Shown piece after piece: positions 56,957 through 64,000 of a DNA stretch of 64,000 nt. The notes beneath the pieces are model-generated. The model was not told where the DNA came from. It searched no databases and worked only from the letters and a program-made list of their open reading frames with translations. Numbering within the stretch: position 1 is the stretch's first letter; each line of letters opens with the position of its first letter. The DNA lies in IMG/VR virus record IMGVR_UViG_3300042455_001086, positions 1 to 64,000 of that record; one strand, given 5' to 3'. The position numbers were made by a program, and so were the translations under genes.

Positions 56957-57733
56957 TTATTTGTTTATTATTTCATTTAATTGGTTAATTAAGTAATTAA
57001 CATCACCAAAAATTATTTTATATTTTTTTGATACAACTTCCATTTTTTCTTTATCTAACACCAAACAATGTGGGTTTTTAGGATCCAAAAATAAATCATA
57101 TTTAGGGAGATAAAAGTCTGGATAATATAATTTATTTTTACCATTACTATTCACCCACTTTAATGGTTTAGGTCTAACCCAATCTACATTTTTTTCATCA
57201 AGGTACATCGCAACCTCTAACTCCCAAGTAGATTCTAAAGTCACATTTTTGTATTTTATAGTTTTTCTACTACCATTTCTGTATTTTCTACTTGTTGACG
57301 CTTCAATTCTACAATGTTCGGAACAAGTAACTTTATTACTATAATTTCTTTGTGTGAATAATTTATTACAAATTTTACAGTTAGTGTATTTTATTTTACA
57401 AGTTCCAAATTTTATAGTTTTAGATAATGATAATAAAATTTTATCTCTTGTTTCTTGTGATAAAGTCCTACCTACCAATGTTTTTGATATTTTATCTTTT
57501 GTTTCTTCATTACGCCTCCCTCTTTTTATGTTATTATATGTTGCCGCACAAGAATTACCACAAAATTTGTTTCTTTTTTTGTAGAAATCTAAATCACAAT
57601 CACATTGTAAACATTTATTTGGGTTTTTATAATATTCATCTCTTATAAGTTTTTTATTATTCTTAATAACTTCTACCGCAATTTTTTGTGCTTTTAATGC
57701 GTTTTCATAATGTCCAACATATAGTTCTTTCAT
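56957..57733 (-). CDS. Zn-finger/NUMOD3 PD-(D/E)XK homing endonuclease in the tRNA cluster
   Basis: CxxC, ETKDKIS repeats, ESTWE..YYPDFYL..LDPK. Confidence 0.78.
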   Translation of the reverse strand: MKELYVGHYENALKAQKIAVEVIKNNKKLIRDEYYKNPNKCLQCDCDLDFYKKRNKFCGNSCAATYNNIKRGRRNEETKDKISKTLVGRTLSQETRDKILLSLSKTIKFGTCKIKYTNCKICNKLFTQRNYSNKVTCSEHCRIEASTSRKYRNGSRKTIKYKNVTLESTWELEVAMYLDEKNVDWVRPKPLKWVNSNGKNKLYYPDFYLPKYDLFLDPKNPHCLVLDKEKMEVVSKKYKIIFGDVNYLINQLNEIINK

Positions 57734-57801
57734 AATCTACTTTCTATATAAATATCTCAAAAGTCAAAAAAAGTTAGTCGAACCTATAAATTATTTATCG
57801 T

Positions 57802-57874
57802 TGCAAGTGCCGGATTCGAACCGTTCTTGAATGTCCCAAACATCCCGTGCTCACCTGTTTACACCACACTCGCA
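57802..57874 (-). tRNA. tRNA-Pro(UGG)
   Basis: GGATG-TTTGGGA-CATTC. Confidence 0.8.
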
Positions 57875-57943
57875 ATAAAAATCAATACCCTGACTCCTTT
57901 CGAGTTTTGGAGGACTCGTATCATTCATTCTGTATTGATTTAG

Positions 57944-58029
57944 AGGAAGCCTGAGGTGTCGATCCCCATACCGGTCAAGGTACCGCCCGTTTTCAAGACG
58001 GGGTTGCAGACCGCTGCAATTAGACTTCC
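57944..58029 (-). tRNA. tRNA-Ser(UGA), SelC-like 8/4 fold
   Basis: 8-bp acceptor; 6-bp D-stem with CGGT loop; CCCGT-CTTGAAA-ACGGG. Confidence 0.82.
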
Positions 58030-58038
58030 AATTTATTG

Positions 58039-58109
58039 TTGTTCCCCAAGGACTCGAACCTCGATTCCACGGACCAAAACCGCGTGTCCTGCCATTAGAC
58101 GAGGGAACA
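58039..58109 (-). tRNA. tRNA-Gln(UUG)
   Basis: CGCGG-TTTTGGT-CCGTG. Confidence 0.92.
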
Positions 58110-58119
58110 TTATGAAGCC

Positions 58120-58135
58120 AATATGTCAAAGAACT
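58120..58135 (-). promoter_or_regulatory. rrn-type boxA (AGTTCTTTGACATATT); also at 38508(+), 42766, 48138, 52037, 52412, 52832
   Basis: GTTC(T/A)TTGA occurs ahead of RNA genes. Confidence 0.75.
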
Positions 58136-58147
58136 TTTTCTTTTTTG

Positions 58148-58220
58148 AGGTTTCTATCGGGTTCGAACCGATGACTCCGGGTTACAAAGCCGGGATATTA
58201 CCAAACTATACTAAGAAACC
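58148..58220 (-). tRNA. tRNA-Thr(UGU)
   Basis: CCGGC-TTTGTAA-CCCGG. Confidence 0.88.
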
Positions 58221-58230
58221 AATATAAAAC

Positions 58231-58260
58231 AAAAAACCCAAGGTTTGTCGCCTTGGGTCT
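58231..58260 (-). terminator. Attenuator terminator B
   Basis: AGACCCAAGG/CCTTGGGTTT stem plus U-tract, directly before tRNA-Thr. Confidence 0.85.
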
Positions 58261-58291
58261 TATATTTCTTTATTATGTTTGTTAATCGTTA

Positions 58292-58399
58292 TTAACTCAT
58301 AAATGAAAATGCCCTCGACGGTTTAAGCGTGTTATAACAGAACGACCACTGATTGCGCGGTTGCTTGCTAATGACCATATGTCTAAGATTTGTTTTCAT
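58292..58399 (-). CDS. Leader peptide B (35 aa) of tRNA operon B
   Basis: MKTNLRHMVISKQPRNQWSFCYNTLKPSRAFSFMS; rich in rare G/C-ending codons. Confidence 0.78.
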   Translation of the reverse strand: MKTNLRHMVISKQPRNQWSFCYNTLKPSRAFSFMS

Positions 58400-58493
58400 T
58401 TTTGTTATAAATATATCGTTATTTCTAAAAGTTTTAATTTACTCTACAAAGATAGGTATTTTTTTCTAATAAACAAGTGTTTTTGGAAAAAAA

Positions 58494-58784
58494 TTAGTGC
58501 AATCTCAATATATGTTTAATTATTTTATTTATATCTTCTTCTGTTTGGTAACCTAATACGTCATTTGTTAGTTCCGTATCGTAACAAATTTCCCACTGAT
58601 CTTTTGTTCCTTTTAAAATTGCAACTTCCCAAGTATCATCATCTGCGTAAGACGAATATCTGTTACTATAAGGAATTTTACATCTAACAACAGAAAGTCC
58701 GTATCCACCAGGAAAGAAAATTAATCCGTGTAACCCATTACCAGATTTGTTTGGTATAAACTCTATATCATTAAATGTAATCAT
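58494..58784 (-). CDS. Hypothetical phage protein
   Basis: F..GYG.SVV...WEVAIL...DVLGY. Confidence 0.7.
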   Translation of the reverse strand: MITFNDIEFIPNKSGNGLHGLIFFPGGYGLSVVRCKIPYSNRYSSYADDDTWEVAILKGTKDQWEICYDTELTNDVLGYQTEEDINKIIKHILRLH

Positions 58785-58872
58785 AGAACAAATGTAAGTT
58801 TTTTTTTAAATAAAAAATCAATAATATTAAATTTTATTTTTTTAATTCAAACTAATATTATATATTTGTATA

Positions 58873-59292
58873 ATGAAGACAATAAAAGTATATAAAATTA
58901 AAATTGACAACCAAGAGTTGGCAAATGATATTATGGACGATTTTACTAATATTGTTATTGGTGACGATATTTTAAATGTGATTTTTAATTCAATTAGTGA
59001 AACTGAAGATTTTGTTTTTTGTTTTTTAACTGATGATAAACAAGAGATGATTTTTAATTTGTTTATTGATTATGGTGTTTTAAGATCACACTTTGATATA
59101 ACAAAAGATGTTTTATATCAAAAAGATACGGGCATTGTTGTTGAATGTCTAAGTGATATTAAATTGATTAAAAATTTTATTAGTGAGTTTTTGGATTCCG
59201 ATACGGTTTTGGATAAAATTATTGAACTTGGTATTGATTCGTTAAATGATATTGATTACCAAGTATTACAAAATGAGAATCCCCAAGTATAA
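58873..59292 (+). CDS. Hypothetical protein
   Basis: D.VLDKI.E.GIDSL motif; host-type promoter at 58861. Confidence 0.7.
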   Translation: MKTIKVYKIKIDNQELANDIMDDFTNIVIGDDILNVIFNSISETEDFVFCFLTDDKQEMIFNLFIDYGVLRSHFDITKDVLYQKDTGIVVECLSDIKLIKNFISEFLDSDTVLDKIIELGIDSLNDIDYQVLQNENPQV

Positions 59293-59306
59293 CCTGGGGA
59301 TTTTTT

Positions 59307-59729
59307 TTATTTATTTCTTTTTCTACTTTCTGACATTGTTCCAGGACTAAATGGTGATCCAGCACCTAATCTTCTTTTTGGGTCAGAATGACGAGGAACC
59401 CATTTAACATATTTGTCTTTGTTACCAACAATTTCCCATCTTCCTCTATAATTATCTTCTTCAGCTTGACGCATAAGGGATTCTTTTTTTCTATCCCAAT
59501 TATCATAAAACACATCTTCTTCTGGTATAGAGTCTAATTCAGATTTTAAATCATCACGCTTAGCATCTTTTTCTGATTCATCACCGTAACCAGTAAAACC
59601 TCTTTTAATTCCTTTTCCTAAATCACCAAAGAAACCTTCCTCTACTTCAACATCTTGTTGTTCTTTGATTATTCTCTCAACCAAATGAATTAGTTCTGAT
59701 TCGGTTAATCTAACTATTTTCTTTCCCAT
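59307..59729 (-). CDS. LTESEL-leader protein
   Basis: MGKKIVRLTESELIHLVERIIKE. Confidence 0.7.
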   Translation of the reverse strand: MGKKIVRLTESELIHLVERIIKEQQDVEVEEGFFGDLGKGIKRGFTGYGDESEKDAKRDDLKSELDSIPEEDVFYDNWDRKKESLMRQAEEDNYRGRWEIVGNKDKYVKWVPRHSDPKRRLGAGSPFSPGTMSESRKRNK

Positions 59730-59903
59730 ATTTTTATTTTTTATTTCTTATTTTAATAATAAATATATGGGAGACTAAAAAAAAACAAAAAAAGGAGATA
59801 AAAATCTCCTTTTAATTTTTTTGTTCTTCTAAGATTTTAAGATAGACTATATAATCTTCAGATGTTATAAACTCGTAATGTATCTGTTCAAAAATATCTT
59901 CCA

Positions 59904-60641
59904 TTATTCGTTGTATAACATTTTAATAATTTCAACATCGATAGGTGCGTATTCAGTTGTAGTAGTCCAACCTTGGTAAAACATACTATTTGGATAATCG
60001 TAAGAATCTTGTTTGAAACCTAAAGCTTGAGTAAATTCTTCACGAAGTAAGTGTTTTTGACCGTCAATATCTGTACATCTAAAAATATCAACAAACATAT
60101 TTGCATCATAAATAACAGAACCAGAATTTGTAGTAAATAAACCCCAATTGTCCTCAACATAATTAGCAGCATATGGTTCTACATTTACATAATCTTGAGC
60201 TGAACCGAAAACAACAACAAAATTAGCCTCACTTCTTGAATTAACAAATTTGATGTTAATCGGATCAATATAAGAATTTAATTCATTTACAATACTTTTA
60301 AATTCGTCCATAAGGTAATCACGCTTTTGACCCATAACATATACCTTAACATCACTATTCCACTTTGAGATTTGGTCACCTGAACCATACTCTGAACCTC
60401 TACAAATAGTATTAAAGTAGTTGATTGCTTCTTTTGAATGTTCAACAGGCTCACTAGGTTCAGTAGGTTGATTATCACTTTCAGTTTGAGTTTGTGTTTT
60501 ATTACCACTACCATATTGAGTTGATAATGTATCAACCAAATCTGAAATATTGTTTAAATCAGATAATGACTTATTTTTTGAGTTTTCATACATAAAAAAT
60601 GCTACACCCAAAACTACGACTAAAGAGAAAACTGTTTTCAT
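59904..60641 (-). CDS. Membrane-anchored DUF2927-like zincin-fold protein
   Basis: KW..D..V, LLREEFTQALG..D....SMF...D.EII.MLY. Confidence 0.7.
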   Translation of the reverse strand: MKTVFSLVVVLGVAFFMYENSKNKSLSDLNNISDLVDTLSTQYGSGNKTQTQTESDNQPTEPSEPVEHSKEAINYFNTICRGSEYGSGDQISKWNSDVKVYVMGQKRDYLMDEFKSIVNELNSYIDPINIKFVNSRSEANFVVVFGSAQDYVNVEPYAANYVEDNWGLFTTNSGSVIYDANMFVDIFRCTDIDGQKHLLREEFTQALGFKQDSYDYPNSMFYQGWTTTTEYAPIDVEIIKMLYNE

Positions 60642-60996
60642 ATTTTTTATTGTTTTAATTGATTACAATACAAAGATATATGTTTTATTTGGATTTACAA
60701 AACATTTTTTGAAAAAAATATTAAATTCTTTTAAGATTTGATATGGTCATCACTAATATGAACTCATTGTATAAATTCTTTATTACAGTTAATACAGTTT
60801 GATTTTTTTATTTTACCATAGTTATGTAGTTTAAAATCAATAGGTAAATTCTTCATTTTTTTTAAAGTTATACCTAATTTATTTGCAATTTTTTTTATAT
60901 ATGTATCACTTACAGAATAAATTCTTCCTATTTCTCGATAAGATTTACCATCAACAAAAATTAATCTTTCTAAATCTTCTTTATTATATTTTTTTG

Positions 60997-61069
60997 TATC
61001 CCTATCAGGGTTCGAACCTGAATAATTTCTTTAGAAGAGAAATATGTTATCCAGTTACATCATAGAGAC
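60997..61069 (-). tRNA. tRNA-Arg(UCU), second solitary copy
   Basis: TTTCT-CTTCTAA-AGAAA. Confidence 0.87.
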
Positions 61070-61074
61070 ATATA

Positions 61075-61251
61075 TTAAATCTTTTTAACTTCGTATTTAT
61101 GTCCAGAATCCGAGTTGAGTTGAAATGTATCTTTCATTTTTTCCGCTTCTTTTTCTGTATCAAATTCCCATATTTCACCTTGACTATCTAATAAAATAAC
61201 CGGGACTCTTTTTTTATTTTCAGTTTTTACATGTTTAACAATTACATACAT
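61075..61251 (-). CDS. 58-aa hypothetical protein
   Basis: MYVIVKHVK...SGHKYEVKKI. Confidence 0.6.
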   Translation of the reverse strand: MYVIVKHVKTENKKRVPVILLDSQGEIWEFDTEKEAEKMKDTFQLNSDSGHKYEVKKI

Positions 61252-61461
61252 AGCTTATCTTTTTTATTCAATTATGAGTAATTGATTTTGTTTTGTCAAA
61301 TTAAATATTAAATTTTTAATCTTTTTTCCCTTAACCAAATCTAATATAAAACAAAATAGGAACCGAAGTTCCTACTTTGCTAGATAATTAACACCTCCTT
61401 CTTTTGTTGGTTTATCCTTACCGGACAACTACATCCAGTAAGTGTTTTTGAGACATTATCC

Positions 61462-62868
61462 TTATCTCATTGTTTTTCTTTTTATTTCTTTCAAACTCAA
61501 TCTAATGTTTCTTGAAAGAGATTCCTCAAGTTGTGTTCCTGCTTGTTGTGATGCTTTATTTTCTTCGGCATTAGGGCTAAATCTATTTGTTGATGTATTT
61601 AATTCTCTTAACATTGTTTCATAATCTTTTCCACCAACACCAAGGAAACCTTTTAGATTTACTCTACCACATTTTCTAACCAATTTTTTTAATGTTGTTA
61701 AAGTATCAAAATATTCATTCTCACCACCTTTATAATTACTACTATAAGTTTGGTTCATTGAATCAGCACATTCAGCGTCATCATTAGATGCCATACAAGC
61801 ATGTAATACTGTTATTGCAGCTCTACACGAATCTTTATCAGCATATTGACTTTGGACATCTTTTATTGCTCTTTTAGCTTGTCTTCCAGATGCTGAGGTT
61901 TTTACAAATTCTTTATAATCTGAAACATTTATACCTTGTTTTCTAGCATCTTCTTTTTGTTTTGCATTCATCGGCCATATTTGTCTATCACCCTCAATCT
62001 CATTTGCATATTTTAATAAGACTTCATCACAATCACCACCTTGACAAAGTTTTTTAACTGAAGTTGGGTTTTTCGCCTCCTGTGTTCCCGGTAATGCAGC
62101 GTCTCTTGTATAACCCATTCTTTTTAACATACTCTCAACTTCATCTGGAATATCAAAACCTCTTTCTTCCCCACCTAAACTCACCCAAATAAAATATTTT
62201 CCTGGTTCTGTAAATTCTTGTTTTAAACCATCCAATGATGTTTTTTTAATATATTGTTTTTTATCATTTACACCCATACCAGTATTCAAATCAACAGGTT
62301 CATATAGTGTTCCGATTCCAGATTTTGGTCTAACTTTTGTATAACTAAAACCGGTTTCTTTAGCACCACTCGGACCAACAAGTTCATCAACTCTAATTGA
62401 TTGCTCAGCAGAAAGATTTTTAACATCAGACACAAAACTTTCACCTCTTTTTAATTCTGGACATACTAACTGATTTTCAGAATATGGTTTTTCTTTATTT
62501 CCAGTATCTTGTTTTACAAGTAAAAAAGCTCCTTTTGAATTTCTTTTGGCAAATACAAAAAATCTAAGATCATTTAACATAAATGATACATATTGGTCAC
62601 CGGCGTTGACATTATTAACACCAGAATTTCTTAATTTTTGAATATTCTCTGGTTTAATATTTCCGATTTTACTTATATTTTTAGCCCCTTTATTCGTTAA
62701 ACAACCAGCAGGTCCTGAAATCCAGGTTAGCCATTCTTCTGGTGTTTTAAAAGAAATAGCACTATCTTGTTCATTTAATATTTGTTCAGAAATAAGTGGT
62801 TTTACATCACCCATTTTTGTTTCAAGAAGTCCAAGCATTCTTTTAATTTCTAAATTAACATTTTTCAT
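61462..62868 (-). CDS. Putative internal virion protein
   Basis: LLETKMGDVKPLISEQILNEQ leader. Confidence 0.6.
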   Translation of the reverse strand: MKNVNLEIKRMLGLLETKMGDVKPLISEQILNEQDSAISFKTPEEWLTWISGPAGCLTNKGAKNISKIGNIKPENIQKLRNSGVNNVNAGDQYVSFMLNDLRFFVFAKRNSKGAFLLVKQDTGNKEKPYSENQLVCPELKRGESFVSDVKNLSAEQSIRVDELVGPSGAKETGFSYTKVRPKSGIGTLYEPVDLNTGMGVNDKKQYIKKTSLDGLKQEFTEPGKYFIWVSLGGEERGFDIPDEVESMLKRMGYTRDAALPGTQEAKNPTSVKKLCQGGDCDEVLLKYANEIEGDRQIWPMNAKQKEDARKQGINVSDYKEFVKTSASGRQAKRAIKDVQSQYADKDSCRAAITVLHACMASNDDAECADSMNQTYSSNYKGGENEYFDTLTTLKKLVRKCGRVNLKGFLGVGGKDYETMLRELNTSTNRFSPNAEENKASQQAGTQLEESLSRNIRLSLKEIKRKTMR

Positions 62869-62887
62869 TTTCTTATATATTTAAATT

Positions 62888-63754
62888 TTATAATTCACCA
62901 CAAATATCAGAAATATCGGATGTGGTTATTTTACTTTTTTTAATTTCACTTTGAACCAATTTATCAAGTTCATCATCATATTTACCTGTTTGTTCAAGAC
63001 CTAAACATCCTTGAAGTTTTTTAATCTGGCCACCAGAAATTCCATCTTTACATCCTTTATAAAACTCACCAGAACAAACAACATAAGATAGATCATCATC
63101 TTTTTCCGTTTCTGAACCCTTATTACCCCCACCTGGATCACGAAGACCTTCGTCCTCTTTGGTTTTATTTTCAATTTTTTTATAACCTGGAACATCTCCA
63201 TCAACTTCCATTGTTTTCTTTACAGCACCTGATAAACCATTCATTACAATTGTGTCAAAATTTTGATAAACCTCATCCATCAAAACTTCACCCAAGTCTT
63301 GAGTATAAAGTTTTTCATATTCTTTTTTAACTTTACAATAATCACCAATTGATCTTATTTTCTTTAATAATTTTGTTACAGTTTCATTATATGTTCCCCA
63401 ATCCATCCCCAATGTGTACCAATCACTCCAATTAAAAGACTTATTTAATTTTTTTGCAATATATTGATAATCATTTGGGTTGTTAAATGTTTTTAATTTA
63501 CTAGAAGTTGGTATATCACACCCTTTATTGATTTGACTAAAAGCATCTTTACTTTTTTGTCCGGTTAATGAATCCCAATTTTTATAAAGTGCCGCAGCAC
63601 CACCAGCCGCAAGACCAATACCAAGTAATGTCAAAAAAAACTCGTTTAGTGGTTCTTTATCCTCCTTTAGATACAATTGGTTTGTTGCTTTTTTGTGCAT
63701 TTCAAGGATTCTCTGTTTCTCATATTGATCCAAAAAATATAAAGGTTTTTTCAT
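62888..63754 (-). CDS. Putative internal protein: TM, annexin-like repeat and PG-binding-like tail
   Basis: EKQRILEMH leader; WGTYNE..YEKLYTQDL; IKKLQGCLGL..TGKYD. Confidence 0.55.
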   Translation of the reverse strand: MKKPLYFLDQYEKQRILEMHKKATNQLYLKEDKEPLNEFFLTLLGIGLAAGGAAALYKNWDSLTGQKSKDAFSQINKGCDIPTSSKLKTFNNPNDYQYIAKKLNKSFNWSDWYTLGMDWGTYNETVTKLLKKIRSIGDYCKVKKEYEKLYTQDLGEVLMDEVYQNFDTIVMNGLSGAVKKTMEVDGDVPGYKKIENKTKEDEGLRDPGGGNKGSETEKDDDLSYVVCSGEFYKGCKDGISGGQIKKLQGCLGLEQTGKYDDELDKLVQSEIKKSKITTSDISDICGEL

Positions 63755-63999
63755 AATAATGTATTTGCTTTTCCTCTTGTTAATTTATTTAAAGATTTCC
63801 AGGTTACTTTATAGTCAATTTGATTTGCAACACTCCTTGTAAGTCCGGTTTCCCACTTTGTTACAGTCGGATAACCATTGCCACCACCAGAAGTCGCCGT
63901 TGATCCACCACCTTCTTCTTGTTCATCAATTTCACCTTCGCTTTTATCACTAAAAGTAAATTTTTGCATAATTGAAATTAAATCTTCAAGATTATCCAT
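63751..63999 (-). CDS. Small hypothetical protein
   Basis: KWETGLTRSVANQI / LTRGKAN repeat. Confidence 0.6.
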   Translation of the reverse strand: MDNLEDLISIMQKFTFSDKSEGEIDEQEEGGGSTATSGGGNGYPTVTKWETGLTRSVANQIDYKVTWKSLNKLTRGKANTLL

Positions 64000-64000
64000 A

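Noticed and set aside
57944-58029. Selenocysteine tRNA
   Set aside because: The anticodon is UGA (Ser), not UCA, and the T-stem is 4 bp.
55716-58174. Short ORFs overlapping tRNAs (also 47956, 49925, 50363, 52128-52866)
   Set aside because: Shadows of tRNA/ncRNA genes.

Overview
A 64 kb AT-rich segment of a T4-like jumbo phage, almost certainly infecting Bacteroidota (TAnnTTTG -7 promoters, a T9SS-type cargo gene, bS21, a Bacteroidota-style tmRNA resume site). The left half holds the head and packaging module (major capsid, scaffold, prohead protease, portal with 2 inteins, terminase with 1 intein, bS21). It is followed by a proteolysis cluster: a ClpC-like ATPase fractured by an atypically split intein, a UVR protein, a peptidase, tmRNA and a rhomboid. 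The right half is RNA-rich: a ~850 nt GOLLD-like ncRNA, two minus-strand tRNA operons that together cover all 20 amino acids, a group I intron in tRNA-Leu(UAA), many aberrant tRNA-like genes, interspersed structured RNAs, boxA sites and free-standing endonucleases. Top finding: each tRNA operon is preceded by a short leader ORF and an intrinsic terminator, and each leader's codons match the anticodons of its own downstream operon. This suggests a ribosome-mediated attenuation system that audits the tRNA pool. All calls were made by eye; no database searches or folding programs were run.
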